From assembly GCA_965216565.1 (NCBI GenBank), contig OZ244170.1, forward strand, positions 1,152,001 to 1,216,000: DNA of 64,000 nt, read 5' to 3'. The position numbers were made by a program, and so were the translations under genes. How positions within the stretch are numbered: the stretch's first letter is position 1; every line of letters begins with the position of its first letter. A model generated the notes under the pieces. That model saw only the letters and a list, made by a program, of their open reading frames with translations. It was not told the origin of the DNA and did not search any database. This DNA comes from Bythopirellula sp. Lineage in GTDB: Bacteria > Planctomycetota > Planctomycetia > Pirellulales > Lacipirellulaceae. Shown one piece after another: positions 47,643-55,653 of the stretch.

Positions 47643-49736
47643 TCATCTCACCTCTATCCACTTGATGATGCGAACTCCGCTTGGTCTAGCTCCTTTGTAA
47701 AGCTCGTAAATCTGGTCTGGACATAGAGCACGACTGTAGACCCGTACTTCGTCTACTCTCCCGTCAAAATATCCCGAACTGCTTTCCATCACACCTTCAC
47801 CGACCTTGAAGACCTCGGAGTTGTTTCCGTACTCAGAAGCTCCCGTGCCGCCGCTTGCGACCTCATGCCCATTGACGTAGAGCGTCAGTGACGTGCGGGT
47901 GCCAACAGCAGCAACATGCTGCCACTTCCCTAGGACCATGACGTTAGGTGCCGTGAGCGACCCACCCGCGTCGGTCCACAGCTCTAGTTGCCTAGCCGAC
48001 ATATCGATGCCCACCTCGACCAATTCATACTGGCCGAAAAACGATTTCACGGGAGCTAGGTCGGAAGACTTGAACCATCCGGCTAATGTGAATTCCTCTA
48101 CGTCGTTCAACAGGCCTTGGTTAGCTGTTACGTATTCGCTGAACCCATCTAACTGTACTGACTTATCTGTTTTTGGCGGAAATGCTCCAGCAGCCCCTAG
48201 CGTGGGTGAAGCGATGTATTCTGCGTCATTTCCGCGACCGCTACTGTCAGCCGCATCAGTCCCAGTCGACTCATCAAACGCCCAGTGAGCAATGATGCCG
48301 TACAGTTCTGCAATTTCCGCCGGAGAGAGCTTTGTTGAATACACCCGAAAATCTCGCAACGCCCCTTCCCAGTTTTCTGAACTACCCGTTCGCGTACCAA
48401 ACGAAAGTAGGCCGGGGGATTGCGACGTCATATCCGAGCTATTCGTACCACTGTTATCGAGTTTTCCATCTACCCATACTTCGTAGGTGTCATCATTGGC
48501 ATCAAACACTGCCACGACGTGATACCAGCGGTCCTCCTTCTCGAGCGATGCGTTGGTCACAAACTCTGGAGGACCTTCTGCACCTAGGTCGAAGGACAAT
48601 GTGCCATCTGGCTCCTGCCGTGTTTCCCAATCTCCGCCCAAACCGAAAATTCGTTCGCGTGAGGTTGGATTTCCGGAACTTCGCATCCAGAATGCGATAG
48701 TTCCAGTAGACGGCGGTGAAAATGGTGAACCCGTTACTGCATCACCACTGAAGCCATCAAACTCAATGATGTTACGATTGAGACAATCGGTTGCCCAACT
48801 AGCCCCACTCTGAAGCGTCACATCATTGCCAGTCGAAGTGCTGTCAGCGGCCGTTGTGCCAAAGCCCTCGTCAAACTTCCAATGGCCCACCAGGCCTGCG
48901 GATTGATTACCTTCCTGGAAATGGAGTAGTACTTGAGCTGCCGAGAGAGCCGTGTTGTAAAGGGCTACTTCATCTATCTGGCCATCGAAATCACGATTCG
49001 TAGTCGAAGTGTTATTGTCATGGAAACGGGTGCCAGCAACGGCATCCCCAATCACAGCAGGATTGTGGTTCCAAAGTCGTCCGACGCCCACTTGCTGTCC
49101 TATGCTGACGCCGTTCAGATAGCCCGTGATGGCTCCCGAGGTACCCGACGCATCGCCGTCCATCACTAGGACGACATGGTAAGTCGTATTCGTGGCGACC
49201 GCTCCCAGCAGAGAGACGAATATTGGCGTTGGCGTTCCCCACGGTGCGGCTCCGCCACCCCCATCGTCATTTGCCCGGTTCCAACCCGCTAGGTACAGGT
49301 CTCCGCCATCTAGGTAAATGTTCAGCCCGCGAGTGCCGCCTCCCTGCTCATAGAGAACCTGCCTACCACTAAGGGAGTGGGGACGAAACCACAACTCAAT
49401 CGTTTTTTGCGTGAACGGGCCTGCTCGATTGATGTCGTTGATATTGCCAAAGGAGACAGAACCTCCAGAAAACAGAACGGATGTTCCCGGTCCGGCAACC
49501 AAAGAAGTTGCCTCCTTTGTGTGAGCAGAAACAAAAGACCCATTCGCGGCAGAACCAAGGGAGCCGTCGTTTACAGCCGTGCTGCCCGAGGTTTCGTCAA
49601 GCTTCCAATAGGCAATCGGATTGTCTGCCAATACTACGTCTGAATAGGCTGCCTCGCACCGATAGCAGGCGGAACCTAACACCAGTCCCAAAGCAAGCAC
49701 GATGGCAGGTGTCAGTTTAGTAATGCAGAGCTTCAT
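47643..49736 (-). CDS. Secreted triple LamG / concanavalin A-like domain protein (transposon cargo)
   Basis: Signal peptide; three units starting YWKLDE, HWKFDE and HWAFDE and ending FDGQIDEVALY, WEGALRDFRVY and FDGRVDEVRVY. Confidence 0.88.
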   Translation of the reverse strand: MKLCITKLTPAIVLALGLVLGSACYRCEAAYSDVVLADNPIAYWKLDETSGSTAVNDGSLGSAANGSFVSAHTKEATSLVAGPGTSVLFSGGSVSFGNINDINRAGPFTQKTIELWFRPHSLSGRQVLYEQGGGTRGLNIYLDGGDLYLAGWNRANDDGGGGAAPWGTPTPIFVSLLGAVATNTTYHVVLVMDGDASGTSGAITGYLNGVSIGQQVGVGRLWNHNPAVIGDAVAGTRFHDNNTSTTNRDFDGQIDEVALYNTALSAAQVLLHFQEGNQSAGLVGHWKFDEGFGTTAADSTSTGNDVTLQSGASWATDCLNRNIIEFDGFSGDAVTGSPFSPPSTGTIAFWMRSSGNPTSRERIFGLGGDWETRQEPDGTLSFDLGAEGPPEFVTNASLEKEDRWYHVVAVFDANDDTYEVWVDGKLDNSGTNSSDMTSQSPGLLSFGTRTGSSENWEGALRDFRVYSTKLSPAEIAELYGIIAHWAFDESTGTDAADSSGRGNDAEYIASPTLGAAGAFPPKTDKSVQLDGFSEYVTANQGLLNDVEEFTLAGWFKSSDLAPVKSFFGQYELVEVGIDMSARQLELWTDAGGSLTAPNVMVLGKWQHVAAVGTRTSLTLYVNGHEVASGGTGASEYGNNSEVFKVGEGVMESSSGYFDGRVDEVRVYSRALCPDQIYELYKGARPSGVRIIKWIEVR

Positions 49737-49759
49737 CTCGAAGTGGCCTTCCTCAATGG

Positions 49760-49951
49760 CTAACTTACTTTCTCGCCAAAAGATGCCAGCAAGTCGCTTG
49801 CGGAAATTAGGATTTGCGTATCATGATTCGCACAGTCCTCGCTGGAACAAAACCAGTTTTGTCCGCCATCAGGCGAATGCACAGCTTGGACTTTACTCTC
49901 CGTTTTGCCAAGAAGCCGTATGTAGAATATCTCCCCTGGCTCAATCTTCAT
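49760..49951 (-). CDS. Small hypothetical protein (about 63 aa), paralog of 50029-50235
   Basis: Alignable by eye with the neighbouring ORF; start could be 49951 or 49966. Confidence 0.6.
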   Translation of the reverse strand: MKIEPGEIFYIRLLGKTESKVQAVHSPDGGQNWFCSSEDCANHDTQILISASDLLASFGEKVS

Positions 49952-50028
49952 TGCATTTTTCTTCATATCGAGAGGACTTTCCTGCAAGCTAGTAAGGACT
50001 CGCTGCAACAGCAGGTGTTTTCAACGCA

Positions 50029-50235
50029 TTAATCGCGTTTCACAACACTCCTTGCTGTCTCTACGCTGCTGAGAATGTCTTGGAGTTCTTCCTCGGAGAT
50101 TATGATGGCGGTTTCACTTATCTGACGGTCAGTGCGAATACAGAGCCACCCTCCGCCTACCGCGGAAAGAACTTGCATCGGAGCTTCCTCACCGTTAATG
50201 GTCTGACTGAAACAGTCGCCTGAGCAGATTTCCAT
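50029..50235 (-). CDS. Small hypothetical protein (68 aa), paralog of 49760-49951
   Basis: Shared pattern MxIxxGxxF...G..E...Q......GG..WxC...D.....TxIxIS...L. Confidence 0.65.
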   Translation of the reverse strand: MEICSGDCFSQTINGEEAPMQVLSAVGGGWLCIRTDRQISETAIIISEEELQDILSSVETARSVVKRD

Positions 50236-50668
50236 GATTCAAAATCTCAAAATTTGTGACCTAAAACGTAATTATTCCTTACGATTTGAAAATAGGATAT
50301 TGTAAGTGAAAGTCAAGAAACCGCTTGGCTTGTAGGGAACGCAAGCGAATTTCGCTGGGTGTCCACTGCTCATCCAATTCGCCATCGAATGCGTCGTGCA
50401 ACTGCTTTCCGGCTAATACTTCGCGTCAGCCTTGTATCTGGCCAGCAACTTAGTGCATCCAATGGATTGAGAAAGGAAAAGTCGTACAACCCCGAATATC
50501 AGAATGAACAGAACTCTTGTCCTTTGCCCCAACAAGTCGAATAAGTGGAATCAATGTTAGTGCCATCTTTTTCTTTTCATCTCGATGTGATGAGCAACCT
50601 ATTCTTTTGAAGCTGTCAATTCCTCCGAGTATTAGGGACGATTGAATCCACCCAGTAGGTGTGCTGAC

Positions 50669-52012
50669 ATGAATGGCGTTTGCAAAGAGCATTTAGAGTC
50701 GAACGCTGCGGCTCCCTTTGACACTCTGACTGGTCTCCCCGATAGGTCAGCATTCCTAAGTGAACTTGAGGATGCTATAGAACAAGTGCGTTCATGTGAC
50801 GGTTCATTTATTGTATTGTTCATTAACCTAGACGGTTTCAGACCCGTCAACGAAAGCCTTGGCTATAAACTCGGTGACGAGCTGCTGCTTGAAGTAAGCC
50901 GTCGGCTCCGCTCCGCCGTGCGGCCACACGACGTAGTCGCTCACTTCGGGGCAGATGAGTTTATTATCCTTGCGAGAGACGTTGCTAGCCTGCCGCATGT
51001 CGACTCAGTCATCCAAAGGATTCAACAAACTATAGGTCGCCAGTACGACGTAGGTGGAAAACTACTCGCTTTTTCCGCCAGCATTGGCGTTGTGATTAGT
51101 TCGGAGAATTACAACACTCCAGACGAAATACTACGCGATGCTAGTATTGCAGTACACCGGGCGAAGTCACTGGGAAAAGCTAGACACCAAATCTTCGACG
51201 TTTCCATGCACCAGCACGCATTGCTGCGACTTGGACTTGAGGGCGACATCCGACGAGCTATTGATCAGGATGAGTTTGAGCTGTTCTATCAGCCGTTTAT
51301 ATCAATGGCAACAGAAGAAGTAATTGGTTTCGAGGCCCTCATTCGCTGGGACAGACCAGGAGTTGGTTTCGTTTCGCCCCAGAACTTTATTCCAGTCGCC
51401 GAAAAGAATGGTCTTATCGTACCTATTGGAAGCTGGGTGTTACGCCAGGGATGTAAGCAGCTCTGTCATTGGAAGAAGCAATTCCCCGACCTGGACCTCA
51501 GCATAGCGATTAACGTAGCCAGCTCACAGTTTTCGCAAGGGAATCTTGTTGGCGAAGTGTCCGACTTGCTGCAAGAATATCAGCTAGACGCCAGCAGCCT
51601 CAAATTAGAAATCACAGAAAGTGGGATTGTCGAAAACCCAATTGCAGCAGCAGATGTAATGCAAGCACTCAATCTTATGGGCATTCAACTCAGTATCGAC
51701 GACTTCGGGACTGGGTACTCATCATTGAGCCAGCTCTATCGTTTTCCGTTCGACATCCTGAAAATCGACCGGCTGTTTATCAACCAACTGTGTGACCGGG
51801 ATGACGATTCTACCGTCTTCGTCGAAGCAATCATTCTATTGGCAAAGAATTTGGGTATGCGAGTGGTCGCTGAAGGAATCGAGACGGATGAGCAGCTTCG
51901 CAAACTACAGCACATGGATTGCGATATCGGGCAAGGCTTCCTCTTCTCTAAGCCACTTTCGTGCGACAACGCGACGATATTGCTAGAGCGTAGTTGCACC
52001 GCCATGACCTGA
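50669..52012 (+). CDS. GGDEF-EAL protein without sensor domain; probably a c-di-GMP phosphodiesterase (transposon cargo)
   Basis: Degenerate GGDEF (HFGADEF; NLDGF instead of DLDxF); intact FEALIRW, LEITES, DDFGTGYSSL, KIDR, VAEGIE and QGF; start 50642 or 50669. Confidence 0.9.
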   Translation: MNGVCKEHLESNAAAPFDTLTGLPDRSAFLSELEDAIEQVRSCDGSFIVLFINLDGFRPVNESLGYKLGDELLLEVSRRLRSAVRPHDVVAHFGADEFIILARDVASLPHVDSVIQRIQQTIGRQYDVGGKLLAFSASIGVVISSENYNTPDEILRDASIAVHRAKSLGKARHQIFDVSMHQHALLRLGLEGDIRRAIDQDEFELFYQPFISMATEEVIGFEALIRWDRPGVGFVSPQNFIPVAEKNGLIVPIGSWVLRQGCKQLCHWKKQFPDLDLSIAINVASSQFSQGNLVGEVSDLLQEYQLDASSLKLEITESGIVENPIAAADVMQALNLMGIQLSIDDFGTGYSSLSQLYRFPFDILKIDRLFINQLCDRDDDSTVFVEAIILLAKNLGMRVVAEGIETDEQLRKLQHMDCDIGQGFLFSKPLSCDNATILLERSCTAMT

Positions 52013-52164
52013 CGCATTAGACATTTTGTTGCTCCTTATCGCCAAATGGAGGCTGCTAAGCACCGGCACGAGGCCCAATTCTCCAAGAATTTACATACCC
52101 ACTTGGTCCAGATTACAATTGAACTTAGTGTCGGGCTATTTGCGGGTGCCCCTGCTAGCTCGGC

Positions 52165-52203
52165 TGTCCGGGGGAGGTTTGTGCCGCCCCCGGACACTTT
52201 TTT
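52165..52203 (+). terminator. Terminator inside the right end of the transposon
   Basis: TGTCCGGGGG-N12-CCCCCGGACA followed by CTTTTTT. Confidence 0.65.
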
Positions 52204-52289
52204 CATTCGCGAATTGATTTTGAAAATATGGCTAGTCCGCACTGATTCAGAAGGGAAATAGTGTCCTGCGGACTCCCATTTGACCGGTC

Positions 52290-52329
52290 TGCTTAACGTG
52301 CAAAATTACACGAATGTGGGCGGTACCCT
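52290..52329 (-). repeat. Transposon right terminal inverted repeat
   Basis: TGCTTAACGTGCAAAATTACACGAATGTGGGCGGTACCCT, exact reverse complement of 43912-43951. Confidence 0.97.
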
Positions 52330-52508
52330 CGGTCGAGCGAAAAGTCATGAAATCCCGCAACTTCCCCTCAACCGCAAACGAGGTAAGGAAATATGGATTG
52401 GCTCTCAGAGAATAGTAGAGCCGATTCTCTAGTGGCCAAGCCTTTCAAATGACGCAAAGCCAAAGCCTACCTGACAGATAGGTGAAAATGTTGTCTCGGT
52501 GCTGATAG

Positions 52509-53360
52509 CTAGGAGGTCGAATCACTCAGCGCTTGTTGGAGGTTATCGTAGCTTGTTCTGGCGATGGATTCTCCACTGGGCTCGTACTTGAAAACTTCGA
52601 CCGACACCCAGCCCTTGTAACGAATATCCTCCAGTGCATCCATTGTTGGTTGCAGTTCCACCTCGCCCATGCCAGGGCCCAAAAGGTTTGGGTCGTTCGC
52701 GTGGAAGTGACAGACAGTCTCGGCATTGGCTCGGATGATCTCGGGAATGGGTGTGCTCTCGCTTGCCATGGCTTTCACGTCCAAGTGAAGTTGGCAGGCG
52801 GGAGAATCTACACGCATAATCAAGTCAACCGCCGAGGCTGCGGTGTTCAGGAAATTACCCTCAGCCGGGCCGAGTGGTTCGAGCGCCAGACGAATGTTGT
52901 GATCTTCCAGCCAAGGGGTGACTGAACGAATGACTTCAGCCGCGTGCTCTGCGCCTTGTTCGTGCGTCATGCCGGTGGGCAGGTTTCGTTGTTGGGGAGA
53001 ACCTAGTACGAGAATCGACCCTCCCAATTCGCCGCAAAGCTTTCCCAGGGCCAGCAGATACTCGCCGGTACTTTTTCTGATCGCAGAATCGGGACTGGTA
53101 AGGTGAAACCCTTCGGTCTTGGCAAATAGCCAATGCAAGCCAACAACTTCCAGGCCAGCCGCGTCCACCTGCGCCTTGATCGAGTTTCTTCTCTCGGTGG
53201 AAAGTTCCCTGACGTCGGCCAGGGGGTTCTCTCCGCACAAGCCGTCTCCCAACGTGAAGGGGGCCAATTCGATACCCGTATAGCCGATATTGGCTGCCAA
53301 GTGGAAGCCGTCTTCGAGAGACAACTCGCCAAAAGTTTCATTGCAAATTGCTAGACGCAT
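52509..53360 (-). CDS. Sugar phosphate isomerase/epimerase (xylose-isomerase-like TIM barrel, ketose 3-epimerase-like)
   Basis: GYTGIELAP, LALEPL, LHLD, HFHAND, GWVSVEVF. Confidence 0.88.
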   Translation of the reverse strand: MRLAICNETFGELSLEDGFHLAANIGYTGIELAPFTLGDGLCGENPLADVRELSTERRNSIKAQVDAAGLEVVGLHWLFAKTEGFHLTSPDSAIRKSTGEYLLALGKLCGELGGSILVLGSPQQRNLPTGMTHEQGAEHAAEVIRSVTPWLEDHNIRLALEPLGPAEGNFLNTAASAVDLIMRVDSPACQLHLDVKAMASESTPIPEIIRANAETVCHFHANDPNLLGPGMGEVELQPTMDALEDIRYKGWVSVEVFKYEPSGESIARTSYDNLQQALSDSTS

Positions 53361-53584
53361 CTCAGCTCCTCAAACCTATGGTGTGTGTCACTACACTCTC
53401 GCCGAATTGGCCTTGTTGGTCTAGCGGGAGATCTCACAAAAATTACGAAGGCAGGTCGTGCGGGAACTCGGCAGCTTGTTGTACAATAACTCTTCTACCA
53501 CGAGAGCCGCATTAGCCGCAGAACACTTATGCCAGTCTCTGAGGAATTGGTAGTTCACGTTTGCGAGAAATGGGAAGTAAGAAC

Positions 53585-54469
53585 ATGAAGCTAGGTCTTT
53601 TTTCCGTAAGTTACGCCGGCTATTGGGGGCAGCAGAAGCTCGAATTGCCGGATTTCATTAGCACCGCTGCTGAGCAAGGTTACGACTGTGTGATGCTGGC
53701 CGGCAAGCGACCACATCTTTCGCCTTTGGACGCTGACGAAGAAAAACTCGCCTCGGTCAAGCAGGCACTCTCTGAGCACGACATCTCCTGCGGCGTCATT
53801 GCTGGGTATACCGATCTGTCGCCGACCGCGGCGGTCGAGGTGCCGTACTTGGAAATGCAGATCGCCTATGTCGAATCGCTTGCGCGGATCGCCGCGGAAC
53901 TGGGTGCCGGAGTGGTGCGTGTCTTCACAGCGTACGAAGCGGAGGGCCATTCACCCCAGGCGGTCTGGAATGGGGTGATCTCGTCACTTCGCGAAATGAG
54001 CGATCGGGCCGCCGATCACGGCGTGACCCTGGCGGTGCAAAATCACCACGATGTGGGCGTTCACACCGATGTTCTCATGGAATTGCTCCACGACATCGAC
54101 CGATCCAATTGCAAGCTGGGATTCGATGCCTGGTCTCCGGCTTTGCGTGGTGAAGACCTGTACGAATGTGCCAAGAAGATGGCACCGCATACGATCATCA
54201 CCACAAGTGCAGACTACATCCGTATGCCGCGCTTCCAATATCGGCCCGAGCTCATCAATTACGAACGGGCGCTACCCGATTCGGTGCGGGCCGTGAAATT
54301 TGGCGAGGGATTTATCGATTACGCAGCTTTCTTCCAAGGATTGAAAGAGGGCGGCTTCGACGGCATCGCCAATTATGAAATGTGTTCACCCATTCGGGGT
54401 GGCGGGGCGATTGAAAATCTTAAAGCTTACTCTAAGCACTATGTCGACTGGATGCAGTCGAATGCCTAG
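53585..54469 (+). CDS. Sugar phosphate isomerase/epimerase family TIM-barrel protein
   Basis: ELGAGVVRVF, LAVQNHH, GFD, GEGFIDY, GFDGIANYE; several canonical metal ligands are substituted. Confidence 0.85.
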   Translation: MKLGLFSVSYAGYWGQQKLELPDFISTAAEQGYDCVMLAGKRPHLSPLDADEEKLASVKQALSEHDISCGVIAGYTDLSPTAAVEVPYLEMQIAYVESLARIAAELGAGVVRVFTAYEAEGHSPQAVWNGVISSLREMSDRAADHGVTLAVQNHHDVGVHTDVLMELLHDIDRSNCKLGFDAWSPALRGEDLYECAKKMAPHTIITTSADYIRMPRFQYRPELINYERALPDSVRAVKFGEGFIDYAAFFQGLKEGGFDGIANYEMCSPIRGGGAIENLKAYSKHYVDWMQSNA

Positions 54470-54486
54470 AAGCAGCTTCAAATTAA

Positions 54487-54565
54487 TGAGCCGAACGCGC
54501 TAGCGTCGGATAGCGCTAGAGTAAGACTTCGACTTACGCTACCCGCGGCTAGCGCCGTCGGCTCA
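54487..54565. repeat. Inverted pair of REP-like sequences between convergent genes
   Basis: TGAGCCGAACGCGCTAGC...GCTAGCGCCGTCGGCTCA. Confidence 0.65.
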
Positions 54566-54597
54566 CATGGGTCAGTTTTCGGTTTTTGAAACTGGCT

Positions 54598-55512
54598 TTA
54601 AGCGAATGCCTCGCGAATCTGAGCGAGATATTTGGGGCATTCCACCCGGGGGTCTTTCGATTCTTCGTACTCCAGCACGATATAGCCCCGGTATCCTGAG
54701 TCGCGAAGAATTTCCGCCAACCGCGGGAAGTCGCTGGGGTGTTTATTCTCTTGCGGGTCGGTTGTGACAACTTTCACCTGGACGTTCAATGCGTAGGGGG
54801 CAATCTTCGCCAGGTCGCCGTAGGGGTCGTCGGACGGGAAGTTGCCGCTATCTAAATTGACTCCGAACCAGGGGCTCTGCACGTCGCGTACGAAGGCCAG
54901 CAAACCGTCTGCCGTTGATGTCGGCCCGCCGTGGTTTTCCAGAGCCAGATGGACGCCATGTTGGCCAGCGTAGTCGCAAACTTCCTCGAACCCTTCGACC
55001 ATGAGTTTATGCGTTTGCTCCGCAGAGATGCCTTCCTGCTGATACCCGGCAAAAATGCGGATCACCGGGGCGCCGAGGATTTCTGCGTTCTCGATCCATT
55101 TTTTCACCCAGTCAATTTCCTTTTGTCTCTTCTCGCCAGCCGGGTAGCCAAACTCATTGCGGATCGCTGTGCCGGAAACGTCTAGCCCCAACGTGAAGCA
55201 TTGCTGCTTGAGTTTTCGCAGATATTCCTCTGTGGTTGGCTGCGGGAAGTAGTAGGAAGTAGGTTCGGTACCCTCAAGCCCCATCTCGGCGCAGTCGTCG
55301 ACGAAGTCCGCCATTGTGAGTTCCGGAGGATCGCCCGTGAGCAAGTCACGATAGCTATACGCCGCAAGGCTGAACTTAAACTTCGGCGTCCCATTGCGTT
55401 TAATCGGCTCAATCGCCGAGGCCATGCTTGGAAAATTGCTCAGGGCAGCGGCGGCCAGGGTGGCTTGCGTGCCTGTCTGGAGGAATCGGCGGCGGTCGAT
55501 GGAGTGGGGCAT
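54598..55512 (-). CDS. Tat-exported sugar phosphate isomerase/epimerase family protein
   Basis: DRRRFLQ twin-arginine signal ending ASA; LGAPVIRIFAG, LALENHGG, NLDSGNF, GYRGYIVLEYE. Confidence 0.88.
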   Translation of the reverse strand: MPHSIDRRRFLQTGTQATLAAAALSNFPSMASAIEPIKRNGTPKFKFSLAAYSYRDLLTGDPPELTMADFVDDCAEMGLEGTEPTSYYFPQPTTEEYLRKLKQQCFTLGLDVSGTAIRNEFGYPAGEKRQKEIDWVKKWIENAEILGAPVIRIFAGYQQEGISAEQTHKLMVEGFEEVCDYAGQHGVHLALENHGGPTSTADGLLAFVRDVQSPWFGVNLDSGNFPSDDPYGDLAKIAPYALNVQVKVVTTDPQENKHPSDFPRLAEILRDSGYRGYIVLEYEESKDPRVECPKYLAQIREAFA

Positions 55513-55653
55513 GTTGTCATTCCTTGGAATGTGCTGACGGCGATTAGTTGTCGACTTTCGTTCGCTGGTCATTTTGGCTGAGCCGCGAGTAGTATGCAAC
55601 CATTGGGAACAGTCATTGAATGAGCAGCGGACTCGCCAGTGACCGGGCCACGG

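Larger units (their letters stand above)
43912..52329. mobile_element. Complete Tn3-family unit transposon, 8418 bp
   Basis: Perfect 40-bp terminal IRs, 5-bp target duplication CGGTC (43907-43911 and 52330-52334), tnpA-res-tnpR module plus cargo. Confidence 0.97.

Noticed and set aside
49760..50235. Classical toxin-antitoxin pair of the kind some Tn3 elements carry
   Set aside because: No RelE/ParE, PIN, HEPN, RHH or HTH signature, and the two ORFs resemble each other; kept instead as an unknown paralog pair.
50359..50692. Short ORFs between the small paralogs and the GGDEF-EAL gene
   Set aside because: They overlap on both strands, are AT-rich and have no motifs; more likely a divergent promoter region.
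52430..52490. GACGCAAAGCC resembling part of a c-di-GMP-I riboswitch near the EAL gene
   Set aside because: The upstream GGCAAA-stem-GAAA element is missing, it lies outside the transposon, and no gene follows on that strand.
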